In this document: piece after piece, positions 50,397 to 64,000 of the stretch
How positions within the stretch are numbered: position 1 is the first letter of the stretch
Layout: every line of letters begins with the position of its first letter
Source of the DNA: Paragordius varius
Taxonomy: Eukaryota; Animalia; Nematomorpha
DNA: 64,000 nucleotides
Assembly: GCA_964247055.1 (NCBI GenBank)
Contig: OZ176050.1
Location: forward strand, 9,052,001-9,116,000
Direction of reading: 5' to 3'
Translations under genes and position numbers: made by a program
The notes under the pieces: generated by a model
Databases searched by the model: none
Seen by the model: the letters and a program-made list of their open reading frames with translations, nothing else
What the model was told of the DNA's origin: nothing

Positions 50397-53300
50397 ATGG
50401 AAGAAAATTATGAAAAGTCAAATCATGCTCTTCGTAGCGTTAACGTAGCTTTCAACTCAGTTTCTACTCAAACACTTGATTTAATTGACGAAAGCTGTTT
50501 ATATGGCCATGACCAATCCTTGGGCAAGATTAGTGTCCCTCATTGTCAAAAGCACAAAAAATCACACTTTAAAATGCCGCTAAATACCATAGGTGATAAA
50601 TCGAAAAAAGCAGCAAATTCTCTACTTAAACAAAGCCAATCTGTGCTTAACAAGTTAAAACATGGTCTTGAATCCACTATTGCAATCGAAAATGAATTTG
50701 ATAACAATCATTATGGTGTGTTTAAGCGTTTTAATTCGTTACGTGGGTCAACTCGAAGTGTTTTTAATGTAACCGCCTCAACCAAAACATACGATGAGTA
50801 TTCTCTTTCGCAAAATAAAAAGACGTCGGCTGTTTCCAAGTGCATAGCAAAAGTAACTCCATGGACACCAAGGCTAAGTGCCCATTCAGAAGAAAGTGAG
50901 AAATGTGTTCCAAGTTTTAATAATAATATTCTTTATCAAGAATCTCTCAAAAGATCTGGGAATTCTAGCAATCATTTTTCCATTTTAGAAAGGCGGAAAG
51001 CTTTTTGCCATCAAGATACCTTGCATCACAACATATTTTCATCAGTTAGGGTCAAATCAAAGCATCGCTGTATAGATTCTAACTTCGATGAAATAAATCC
51101 AAGTTTTAATATTAACTCTTACGTTTATTCCAATATATATGGAGAACATTTGAACCAGAATAACACTCTTCGAACCAAAGTTAATAAGGAGACATCATTG
51201 GAGAAAAATAATTTTAAAACCCTTTTGTCATGGACCAAAACTCAAGGTAAATTCATTTTAATATGATTAGATTTTAATTAAAAATCCGATAATTAAAAAA
51301 TCAAATTTAAAATACACGGCTTTATTTTCAATATATAACTTTCCCTATTGATTCTTTAACCAATAGTAATATTTTTAAAATTTAATGTATTCAGGATTTT
51401 TTGCTTTTTAGGTTAATATAATTTTTATGACTTTTTACCTGAAAATTTAATTAAATTTTTTTATCTAACCTTATTAAAAAAATATAATTTATGATTTCCG
51501 TTTTTCCACTTAATATTGAATATGTATTTCTCTATTGTAGTGTGAGCATATATTTGAAACTAAATTTTTTGAATTTTTAATATTAATCGGAATTACTGTG
51601 TAATAATAATAAGGGTTGAGTCTAACCGGGTAATGCTGTTATCATTATTATAAATAACCTTTTAAAAGTAACGGGCAATAATATATAAGGTAATAAATGT
51701 GTAAATCCATTGTAAATATGTAAAAAAAATTTGATTATTGATAATTTAAAACCGGCTTCAGGTAAATATTTTTATCAAACTTTACATTTTTTACCTGGTA
51801 TAAAATTCAACTTTAATAACAATAAAGTTATAGTAGGGACTGATGCGAATTCGATTTGATATATAAATAAAACCGTATATTTGAATAAATATAATTAATT
51901 GAACAATGGAATAGATTAATGTTTGATATTTATTTAGTACTTAACATTTCAATAACTTTGTTTCAAGACTTAAGAATGATAGCCGAACATTTTAAAATTT
52001 ATATAAAATATTTTATAGATTCATATTTAATTGGGATAATTTTTGATTCGATCTTGGTGGTAGCTCAATTTAGATTTCAAATGTTTTTCTGATACTTAAA
52101 TTTTTTCTAACCATTAATTTTGAAGTTATAGTTTATTTGACATTTCTGTGTGACCCTAATTACCTTTTACCTCGTGTTGTGTGTGTGCAAATAATTTTAT
52201 GGGAAAGAAATCACGTTTTTCTGCTAAAACTAATGAATGATGTGTTGACAACTTTAAATGCTTTTTTTGCTTGCTTGTCTGTTGTGTCCCAAGGCGAAAT
52301 ATTTGGGAATTTTTTGTCATTGCAATATATACAAAATTTGTTTTGGGCCTGGGACAATTTATTTTACGATATGATATGATATAATATTGTTATCCTTCCC
52401 GTATAATTAGCATAAATAAGCAAGCAAGCCTTTATTGTAGAAATTCATGCTTTTACGTTTAACAAGATAATGGCCGGAACTTGTTATATACTAATTAGAA
52501 ATATATAATACCGAAACAATATTATTCATTTTTTAAACAATTTTTATATACCTCCCATTAAACATTATTAAGCTGTTAGATAACCATGACTTAAAATATG
52601 AACGGAATTTGTATTGTTCACTAAATTATATAACGTTTATGGAAATATTATATCAAACATAATTATTAACCATTCCTTAAATTGTAAAAGTTATTTTAGA
52701 GTATATGATATAGGTACACTTGTCGATTTTAAATTCGTACCCACATAACAGAGTGTCGTCTAAATAAAATTAAAAAAAGGTTAGCACATAAAAGCTAAAA
52801 AAAGAATTAACTAGATTCTATTTGGATAATTAAAATTTTATAGCGTGCGCACTTATTAACTTATATATATGGTATTTTTACGGTCAATGACCATGTGTTA
52901 AGCTAGCTTTATTAATTTTGATATATACGGTAGGATATTAGCTCTTTTTCGTTATTTTAATTTGATTTTCGCAGAAAAGAAAATAATCGTAATTTTAAAA
53001 AGGCACACTCTGAGTTAGAGCTATTAGGGCTATTGTCTAAAAGTAATTTACCTGTATGTTGCCATGTTTGAAATTTTTCCTTTTATTGATTTCATTTAAT
53101 TAAACACTATATTTTTTCCCATAATTTTCAAAAATGTAAATAATAAAAAAGGAAAATCACATAATGGCAACGGACATGAAATTTATATCGCTTTTTAACC
53201 AATTAAGATAGCGAAATGGCTAATAAAAGCTTTCGTTATGTATCCTATAAGAGTTCCTTCTTTACACATTTGTAAATCATGAATTGATTTTTATACGCTT

Positions 53301-56300
53301 TTTTAAAGCGTCCCATTGAGTAATAATATGAATATTAGCCAATCCTTTTTGTCTGACTAATAATGTTAAACGTTTAAAATCATATTGATATGGCGAAGAT
53401 GAATAATCCCATTTTTTAATATTATTGTTGTCCGGAGTCATAAATAACCGTTAAAAAATAATGATGTAATTGATTTGATTATTTTAAAAGCGTGGGGTGA
53501 AAGTTGTTTAATTATTTTTTTTTCAAAAAATTCTCATCTCACACATACTGAGTTTTATACATAAATCTGCGATTATAAAAAAGTACTAATACCTATTTAT
53601 GATGAGAGAATTTTTTCGTTCGTGTATATTTTTACCATACACACCTAGATAGTAGTGTATAGTATTGTTTGCTTATACTTACACACATATTCATATTTTT
53701 TATGTTACTGAAATTCATTTTTATCTGTGTGAAACCATCTTGAAAAAAAAGTTTTACATTATAAAAAGTAAAAATTAATTTTTTAATTTTGAAAATTTTA
53801 CACTATCACGTTATTGCGAACTCATTAGATATTTATATATCTATCTGATTTTGTGGCGCACTTTATCATTTCTGCATTTGAATCTTCCAAAATAAAAATA
53901 TTTTTTGAAATATATCATATTATTTTGCCGAAATTCACTTTTTATCATTTTTTACGACTTACAAAATATTTTATTCAAAAATTCGTAACACAGGGAGGCC
54001 CAAACATCACATATGGGTTTATTAATTTTGTCTGTCTGTTGATGAACGGAAGTTTGGTTAAATGTAATAAAAAATCTGCGTCTGTAATTATCCAATCCTA
54101 AGATACATCTATTATTTTTAAAGTGTAACAAAAATTAAAAGAGCATTTATCCCATTTTTATATATTCTTTGGTAAAATGCCCTCCTTTTTCAAATCTAAT
54201 AGTAGTAAAATTTTGAGGAAGGCTAGTATGCGGTATACAGAAACAACGACAAATTCACATCATAAAATATCTGCTCCTTTACAAAATTATTCAACTATAA
54301 ATTCAAATTCAGGTAAATATTAGTAACTATTTTGTAAAATTTTTTATTACACAATGGTCCAATTTTAGATTTTTTTGTTTTGAATTATTGAAATAGATAA
54401 CATTTCTTAGTTTTGATACATTTTAATTATTAATACAAATTTGAGAATTTCAGACCCCTCTCTCTAAGCAATAAATTAACCCAATTTTTTATGATTATAT
54501 TACATATATAAATAATGATGCTCTCATCTATGATGAGATTTGAGATCCATTATACCCTATAAAAACACTTAATTTTTGTTTTTCACGCTTAAGTGTGAGA
54601 ATTATTATATATGTATAATATAATTATAATCTATCCCAACAGAGATTATAATTTGTCATCAAGTGCTATCAAAATAATAATTTTGTCACACACCATTTTG
54701 TACATCAATACAATAGAATTATAAAGCCAAAACTCCTTATTAATGAAAGCTTTTAAACTTAAACCTTTAAGAGTGTTTTTGTGTGTGTTTTATTTTGCTA
54801 CACATTAAAAGCTAGCAATTAGTTTTTTTATAGTGTTGTTACAAAGGTGAGTTGTTTTTTGTGTTGATTTTTTTCACACGCATTACCTGGCTTTTTTATC
54901 CTTGAAATTTTTACTAATATCTCTCTCTACCTTTTGTCACCATAACATAAGTAAGGCTTATGTCACCTTTCAAAACTTTTGTCATTATCCATTCTAATTA
55001 AGATGTATCCCAATGAATTAAATATAAACAAGTATACCTCAATATTGTATTATCGTATGAAATGGCTAATAAAAAGTAGTTTGAGAAAAAATTGCCCCTA
55101 CACAAAAACAAATAAAGTATGTTTAATAGGGAGGTGTGGGAGACATATAAGAGATATTAAAATGATAAGGGTCTAACAGAACTTAAATTTGTTTGTTTTT
55201 ACAATATATATCTTAAAACCAAAATATAACTGTGTGTGAACATTTTTATCAACAATCTTTTTATGTATATATATTGTTTTAGAGACCCTTGAAAAATTTT
55301 CCCACTTTTTTCCCTTAAATTAGGGAATTTGTTGTAATTTAGTTTATTCATTCATGCATGACAAAAAGATGTGATACTTTGATTAACAAAAAAATAATAA
55401 TTTTACCTAAGTTTAATAATGCTACAATATTGGTATGTCTTACATATTTTTAATCTTTTACATGGAGACAAACTTCTTGGCACAAATTTTTTAAACAAAA
55501 TAAAATAATATGTTGTCTTAAAGCTATGCTATTTTATACATATATAGACCGCAAAAGGTAGATATGTCCTTTATATACACACATTAAAAGAAGTAAAAAG
55601 TCATTTTAAATAATTACATAGAGATAATTATAGAATAATTTATTAAAAATTATATATTAATTTTATTATACAAATATATTTGCAGCAAATATGAAACTTA
55701 CAATCTAACCTTTTTACTTCTTTTTTCTTTGATGATCAATATTGGTGACAACAATTAGCATTATAAAAGACTTGAAACATACATATTTCTTAATATAATA
55801 TTGGTTGTCTCTGGTAAAAACCCATAAAATTAAAAGTTTTATGTTTCTTTTATAAATTAAACGCCATCGTGTCGCGAACATTAAATATTCAATATTTTTA
55901 CAATATTTTTATTTTATTTTAAACAGTGGTATATTATATTTTTCATGGTTTTTTTTCTTTTTTAAGGAATGCTGTGTGCTGGTTTTATTACAGTCATTAA
56001 ATGCTATTCTTACACATATTTTGAAGTTAATTACCAATCATAAATATGGTAAATTTATAGGTCAAAAATGCCCTTAATGGGTATTGAGAAATTGGTATTT
56101 ATTTTACAGAAAAATACCACGTTTATTAAAAGTATTAGTATCTAAGAAAAAAATTCTCAGGTTTAGTCTCCTGCTGTGCTTACAATATAAGCTATTTTTG
56201 TAAATAGTCAAAATTACAAAATTCTTTCACACAATCAGAAAAGTTTAGAAGATAATTTAATTTGTTGATGCGTAAGGTAGAGTACAAATTATATATTTAT

Positions 56301-59300
56301 GATAGTTTTAATAATTCTAAGATTAAAATATACATCTAATTATTTCTAAGCACTAATGACTGATATGTCAATTATAGTTAAAAATTAAAATCAGCGAAAA
56401 GATAAGGAATTATGTAACGTGAGATAAGTGATAAACAATTTTCCTGGAAACCTATATTCTTTCTCTATTAGAAAGATCTGTGCAAGAAAATTATCACAGT
56501 ATAAAATTATAATTTAGAGTTCAAACATAAATATATTATTAACTGAAATTTTAAGGTTTAATTAAATAATAAATTTGTTTTTAGTATGTTAGGAGACAAA
56601 TTTATAAATAAATTTGTATGCTGAAGCGCGATTACATTAGGTTACAAGTATTTTTTTATTTGATATTTTTGGATGCGGATACTCACCAGCTTTTAGCCTG
56701 AAAAAATTTTAATCACGTTGAATATAAGGAAATTAAGCTAAACAATGATGTATTAAGCTGTTTAAAGAATTTTTGTTAAAATTTTACGATTTCAATAGAG
56801 TAATCATAAAATTATAGGCTTTTGTTTCAAAAAGCTTCGACATTTATTTAAAATTTTAACTATCAATCAACCTTGAATGAATAAAAGATAATAATGTATT
56901 CTCTAAAAATATTTAGGATCAGACGATTTGGGTTATGAGGGTTCTATCGGTTCGAATGACACTTCACCCTACAACACAAATAGCCACCAATTTCAAAATT
57001 TATCATCTGTTGTAAATGCAAGCAAAAATCAGAATAGAAACGAAAATCGTAAAACTTTGATTTCGGAAGATACCTCTGATAATAATGTAAAAGATATATA
57101 TGGTTTTTTGGGAAATCAGTCTTTTTCCCAACTAACCACGAAAAACATATTATTGCCAAACGAAAGTGTGGTAGATTCCAGTAAAAGAAATGAACCAATT
57201 TACGCTGTACCAGAGGCTATTGTACCAACTTTACACCCAATTTTTCAAGAGACCCCAAGTAATTTCAAAATTTATTAATTGTTTAATTTTAGCACAAAGC
57301 AATATAATTTGTAACAAGTTATAAGCTAAATATATTCAATAATCAATTTTTTCAATGGTATAGAGAGACCAACTTTCGATGTATACGGTGAACCCAACAA
57401 TTCGCAATTATTCACTGATTTGTTCCCAGAATCTAATGATGATTTGGGTCCATTTATTGGTAGAAAGTGGCTATTTTATGCCCTTTATCAGGTAAAAAAA
57501 TTAATCAGCAAATATATTATAAATTTAGTTTTAAACATATACAATACAGTCATGTATCCTTTATTTTATAAAAAATTATTTTTTTTTGTTAAATGGGCAT
57601 AAATATTTGGTAGGGAATCGAAAAAACAAGAGCTCTATAGTATTAAAATATCAAATTCAACAAAAAAGTGTAAGAATATAGAGCTCTTGTTTTTTCCATT
57701 TTTTACCAAATATTTATACCCATTTAACAAAAAAAATAAATCTTTTATAAAATAAAGGCGACTGTAATATACAATGTAATTTATTATTTTAGTTTCTGTC
57801 TGAGAAATCACAACACAAAATATGTATAATTAGCGGAGCGAGAGGAAGTGGTAAAACTTCTATCATTTCGCAAATCGTCCCTAAAAAATCATGCCTCTCT
57901 GGCTCACTCGAAAGTTCAAAAGGTATGGTTATTTTTGACTTTTAATTATATTATTATGCGAGTTTAATTTTTTAATATTTGAAAAAAGTTTAATTATAAT
58001 TATTTTATATTATAAAATATTTAGAATCCACACGATTTCCGTTCCCAGGCAATCCACCAATTTATGCCATTCCCCGTTCATCAAATACCAATAAAGAACG
58101 AGATGTCATCAACCCAACTATTGTTGAAAAAATAAATATGCACAATAGAAAAACTGGTCTTAAGTTAATGAATAATTCAGCATCTTTCCGAATTACGAAT
58201 AATTCTGGCGTCCGGGAACGACTATCCGCAATGCATGGAAAATTGAATCGAAATGCCTTCACAGATGATATGTGCACACCACCTAAAAAGCAAAACATGG
58301 TGCAACCTATATCACCCAATCTAAGTGGTTATTGTATGACAGAACTAATAAATAAAATTAACCAATTGGAAAGCAATAGCAGCATTGATGTCCCCAAATG
58401 CGAAGCAGAAACCTCCTTTAACGAAATAAATTTTGCCACAGAAGTTGGGGCAAGAGTTTTGGCCGTGTATGCTAGACCTAATATAACTATGCACAAAATT
58501 TACCAGGAGGCAGAAAGTAACAAACAGTTTATCTGTGAATTGGCAAAGAAAATTGGACGCTTCGTATCTAAATCGAACACCCTTAATTTTGAATATGACA
58601 GGACGTTAAATGAAGCCACCAATTTTTTAAATTTAATTGTTAATCCGCTTAAAAAGTTAAGATTAAGTTTATCTACCCCATGCGCCATTGTAGTTGATAA
58701 TGCTGATACAAAACTTTTAAATTTTCTAACTACTTCGTGTTGTTTGGTGCTTTCACCCTGGTTGAAATTTATTGTGACATATTCAATTTCGCATTCGAAC
58801 GAATATAGGACATTTCAAACAATCATTAATAATAATTATAAAGACGTCCTGTCTTTATCTTTGGACACAGACACGCTGGGAAATAAGGACACTGTTTGCA
58901 ATGATGTTAATCAAGATGTGTTAGATTACATAGCTTGGCGTGTTCAAAATAACCCTAAAGTTTATGAACCATTGGGTGCTGCAGCCGCCACTTCTACTGC
59001 AAGCCATCAGCCAATATATGGTTACAGCAAAGGAACACAGAACATTAACAATTCGATAGATTCCAATAATGATGCAACCTCGACTTATAAATCTTCAACT
59101 TCTTCAAATTCCTCTGAAAACAATTATACCCGTAAATTTCAAAACAGTAGTAGCAGTGAAATTGGAGGGAAAATCAAAATCAAATCACCTGGCACGAAAA
59201 TTGGGCAAGATTATCAACAACAAATTAACGCCGCTACAGTTTGGCCCAAATTACAAGAACGTATTAAGGAGTTGTGTGGAGGCAATTTTTTATATCTTCG

Positions 59301-62300
59301 AAAATTGCATGATTTGATTGAGAACGGTACTTTCGTTATCAAGAACATGTCATTCAAAGTTCTTCCACAATCCATCAATGAAATATATTCCTTATTGTTT
59401 GGTCGAGCCTTTCCAATTCCCACAATTTTTATAGAACGTGGATACAACTATGCCCTATCTGCTTTAGCAATAACTCCACTAACTATCGAACAGTTCAAAG
59501 GAATTTTTGACCGTCATTTTGCTCAAAATAAGCTGCGAAGACAAAAAGATGCCCAAATTAAAAGGGATTCCCTAAATTTTGACGATTTATTACACGCTAT
59601 GCCCGATGAAACAAGCAATTCCAATTCATTTGAATATGTCAATGAAAGCTCCGAAATAATCTATATGGAATTTTTAAATACCCTAATAAACTATGATATC
59701 ATCCGAGTATCTGGGAACAATGTGTATTGCTCCCATCCATACTTTGCAGATTGGCTTTTTGAGCAATCTCATAACATATTGACACGTTATGAATTAGATT
59801 CAAGGTAAATTTCATAGCACTAAGTTTTATACTTTATAAAAAATTGATATATGTATATTTAACAAAATTTGTTATTTCTCTCTTTAGTTATGGGTATACT
59901 GCCTTAGCTCTAGATTCAATTTTGCGTGATAGCAAAACAATATCGGATGCAGCACTTTGTTTCCTACCATTTTCAAATACAAAAGTTATTTTGGAGTTTT
60001 TAGACAATAGAGCATCCAAAAATATTTCCAACAAAAGTTTGACAAAATTACTTTCCCACTACGTCAATGGTGAAAACGTGTCACATTTAATCGATTTTAT
60101 AGATATGTTTGACATATCTCTGCATGAGTTAATACCCATATCCTCAAACCAATGTGATAATAATCATAATCCTAAACAGAATCAAAGCATGACATTATTA
60201 CAATGGTTAATTACTGTGACCAAAACAGATTCAATTGTATGGAATAAAATTATCAAAACGATGCAAAAACAATCATTAAAAGTCTCAACCCAAGACATAG
60301 TTATTTGTTCCAAGTACAATAACACAACTGCATTAAGTCAACTCATACCCCTGTGCACAAATTTTGTTAATGTAAGCATTTTATTTTTGAACACTTGATA
60401 ATTTAAAATTTAAAGATTTCTACCAAAAGACTTTAGTTATGATAATCTACATTATATATATATATATATATATATAAATATATGTAGATTTGGGGATTGG
60501 ATCATACATATCGGTGTGCCCTTGATTATGCCATAATGTATAATCTAAGGGAAATTGCCGGAATCATTTGTAAACCAACGTTTTTGCCCAAACATGGTCC
60601 GGAACTTTTAGCAGTAACCGAACAAATCAAAAAATCGTTGGTGCATGCGTGTGCTCACATAAATATACAGGTAGATAAACATTTTTTTTGCTACATAAAC
60701 TGGTTCAATGTTAATTTTTACATATTAATATATATGAATAATATTTATACAACAGTTTGTGAAAATGATGTTGGAATACTTACGTCTATCTTCCAAACAT
60801 CAAACATTGCCAACCACAATATTAAGTCATAACATTAAAGTGCATGGTTCTGATTGGTTATCTGTTAACCTTTTTGGTGCTACACTGCTAACACAAAAGG
60901 GTATAGATTTGCTTCTCACCTCCTCAAAATCATCTCAACAAATTGATGTAAAAATACTGCAAAACATTGTTCAAATGTTGACACCCGGAGAAAGAATATC
61001 TAGGGAACAATTACTTAAACTGTTGCTTGACGAGAAAATCGGAGATCTAGAACAACCAATTTTAAGTGTCTCCAAACATGTATTGTCATCAAATGACATA
61101 TTAAAATGTTGCAATGCCGCTACTCTTTCCATACTTTTAAATGATTCAAGCGCATATGAACTCTTACACCAAAACCAAAATAATGATAATAATGAATTTT
61201 GTTCGATTTCAGCCGTAAATTCTCGGTCTCCGTTACTTCTAGCAGCTTCCATCAACAATTTAACCATATTCGAACAGATACTGAGAAACGGTAATTATTT
61301 TATCCACAAAATCTGTTTTAAAAAATAATTTTTTTTCGTTAGCAATTTCAACAATCATATTTTTTATTCATGTCCATACTATAGGAACCGAAAAAATCAC
61401 TACAATAGACTCTCAGGGTTGGTCTGCACTGCATTGGTCCGTATTTAATGGAAGTTTCGATATAGTAAAATGTATATTGGCACAATCAGATTGTCACTTT
61501 CTCCTAAACTTGGTAGATAATCAAGGGCGGACGCCATTACATTTAGCTACTCTCTCAGCTCACCCCAACGAAATGGTAATATATAAAGTTTTTTTAACCA
61601 TTTATTTCAGAAGAAATTTAATTTATATCCATATATAATAATATATAATTTTATTTGCAGTTATCACTCATGCTGGAAATCAACCATAGTACGGATATTT
61701 TGGATAAAAATGGAATGTCGGTTTTGGATACTTCGGTTGCAGTTTATTTAATCAATCTTATCATAAAACACCCAAACATCACAGATTTATCCGATTTACC
61801 TCAAGATCTAGCCAATATAAATAATAATTTATTATCATTGAATGTGTCTTCAAACGGAGAAAATAAATCTACAATCATCCATAGTAATAGGAATACCATA
61901 GAAATATTGTTGAATAACGGTTTCAAAATTCGACACTTTTGCTGGAAACAAATGAGTTCATGCCTTCAATGGTGCATTGAAAAATATAATGATGCCAATC
62001 GAAATAATCTTTACAATGAAAACAATTTAACATACCAGCAACTACATGATTGTGTGTTAGACCTTTATTATATGTTTCTTGCTAAAATTGTGAAAGATGC
62101 CAAACACATTGCAACAAATCCAACTCCCGACAATATATCTAGCGCTATATACCGTTACGAATATGCGCTTCGTGTCTACCCAACTCAAATAATTGCCCAA
62201 ACCAATAAAAAGCCAATGAATACTGATTCCACCCACTCTAAATTAATAGAACTTAAATTACAAACCTTAGTCAATGTAGCGAGATGTCAACTCTATGTCA

Positions 62301-62814
62301 AGGTAAACTTAGATAATAATTATTCTATATATTTAATTTTTATATCCATTTATCTATGTTTTGCAAAGCCAAAATTTTGAATAGATTTTTATATATTTTT
62401 TTAAACAATAACAGGATATCGATTCTGCCATGAAATCAACGACCGCTGCCTTGGAACTTAACCCTGTTTATTTCGACGCATTGTACCACCGGGCCCTTGT
62501 TAACAAAAAATTAAAGTAATAATAATTAATGTTTTAGCTTTTCATCCGCTAAAATTTTTTTAATATATTATATGTTTTTTTTAAAAAAATAATCATAATA
62601 ACTATATATATAAATATTAATTTATCTATATAGCAAAATTGAGCTTGCCTTGTATGATATTCACCTCGCCAGACAACACATAAATTCCCAATATAAAAAT
62701 GATGTATTTGCTTCATCCGAAATGGAAATGAGAAATAACCAATTAAAAAATAACCATAACTTATTGAATCAATTGGAACACAGTTTATACGCTACGAAAT
62801 CTGTCCCGGTTTAA
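50397..62814 (+). CDS. TANC: TANC/rolling pebbles-like scaffold (P-loop NTPase, ankyrin repeats, TPR)
   Basis: FIGRKWLF; Walker A GARGSGKT; IVVDNAD; PWLKFIVT; DYIAWRV; GNFLYLRKLHDLIENGTFVIKNMSFKVLPQSINEIY (TANC signature); HPYFADWL; ankyrin GWSALHWSVFNG and QGRTPLHLA; TPR RYEYALRVYP and ALELNPVYFDALYHRA; stop at 62814. TANC1 versus TANC2 cannot be assigned. Confidence 0.9.
54177..54312 (+). CDS. Candidate alternative first coding exon of the TANC gene
   Basis: ATG at 54177, open for 45 codons (MPSFFKSNSSKILRKASMRY...), ending in a phase-1 donor G|GTAAAT compatible with the acceptor at 56917, as is the 50397-51246 exon. Confidence 0.5.
57547..57764. mobile_element. MITE family 2 copy in a TANC intron
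   Basis: TA|CAGTC ... GACTG|TA, with the same long inverted arms as 49684-49905. Confidence 0.85.
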
Positions 62815-64000
62815 TACATATGTACACAATATTTCGTTTGCTACTCTCATTGTATTTTATTTTTCTAAAAACTGTATTATTATTAAGCCCATGTATACTA
62901 TATATATAAAAAATTATGGCATTACACGTGTATTTATGAAAATACCATAAATATATAATAAATTTTTAATAAACAATTATATATTTCTTTATAAAGTATC
63001 GAATTCGATTTAGTATCCAATAACCGTAATCACTATTTAATGGAGAATCGGATCGGTCGCCGATTTCAAAAAAGGATAAATTAATGATACAAAATAATAT
63101 TGTCATACACTTACAAAATAACCAGAAATTTTTTAGAGTAATATTTTACATCCAAGTATTTCGGAGTATGAAGTGTTTTCAGACATTTTCAGATATTCTA
63201 TACGCACATTTTTTTGTAATACGATGCTTCTGAACATTTCTATCTTCTCATTTTAATTATATAAAGTGTTTTTGGAAAATATATACTTAAAATTGGAAAT
63301 GAACAAATGCTTTAATATAAAATCTGAGGTCGTAAATACCATAAAATACGGTTCATCAATAAAAATTTAATTTTTTAATAAACTATACATTTTCAAAATA
63401 TTTTTTTGATGTCATAATCTACCATATATTAAAAAATTCTTATCGCTAAATTTCGGCATTATTGCGTTTGTTAAAAAAACTAGCCCATTTTGGTGGAAGC
63501 CAAAAATTTGAGACTTTCAGAGCGCGCATCTAAAAATTAATATTTTTGATAAAAATAATTTTTTGCTTTTTAAATGTAATATATATATACATTTAATGAT
63601 TTAATTTTTGCAATGAAGCAATTAGCTTTCACGAAAATTTTTTATTTAACATAAATGCTCAAATTTTGCTATTTTTTATATGGACATTTACCCCCATATA
63701 TTAAAAGCCAAAAACCAAAGCACCACAAGAATCCTGATATATTTAATCAGAATCAGGATATTTTTGAGCTCAAATTGCACAGTGTATATTTAAAAAGCAA
63801 ACTCAGCCTATTACGCTTCGCTGTGATGTAGTTTCACTGATAATGAATCCGTCCAATAAAATTTTGCCTTAAACCGATGAAATCAAAGAAAGCTTATGCA
63901 ACCTTATCATATAAGGATGTTTTAACCATTTTTTACAGGATTTTGCATTCGCTAAAATATGGTAATTTACGCATTGCTCGCATCAAAACTGTCGTTTACT

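Noticed and set aside
63000-64000. Possible terminal exons of a neighbouring minus-strand gene and a small ATCCTGAT/ATCAGGAT hairpin
   Set aside because: The frames are short and interrupted and the 8-bp hairpin is within chance for AT-rich DNA; there is not enough support.

Overview
This is very AT-rich eukaryotic genomic DNA read with the standard code, almost certainly from an animal with a compacted gene architecture. Several introns are only 22-32 nt, while others are inflated by transposons. The lineage cannot be fixed from sequence alone; reduced parasitic animals such as orthonectids, dicyemids or myxozoans are plausible. The first 8 kb is a nest of mobile elements. A complete 3.5-kb PIF/Harbinger element (2763-6301; 17-bp TIRs, TTA TSD) sits in opposite orientation inside the micro-intron of the Myb/SANT gene of another copy of its own family (<1-7956), creating a ~6-kb quasi-palindrome. 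The host copy also carries a 1.47-kb insertion with a 13-bp TSD. Host genes assembled by hand across short introns are BET1 (-, missed by the ORF track) head-to-head with SEC63 (+), an SLC13/INDY transporter (-) with altered SNT motifs, a short SOBP-like FCS zinc-finger gene (-), an hnRNP A/B gene (+) and a TANC/rolling-pebbles gene (+) with two candidate first coding exons. Other features are a Penelope-like relic with a degenerate hammerhead motif in a SEC63 intron, an internally deleted hAT transposon, three MITE families and a ~320-bp dimeric tandem array. All identifications come from motif recall and manual translation; no database search was run.
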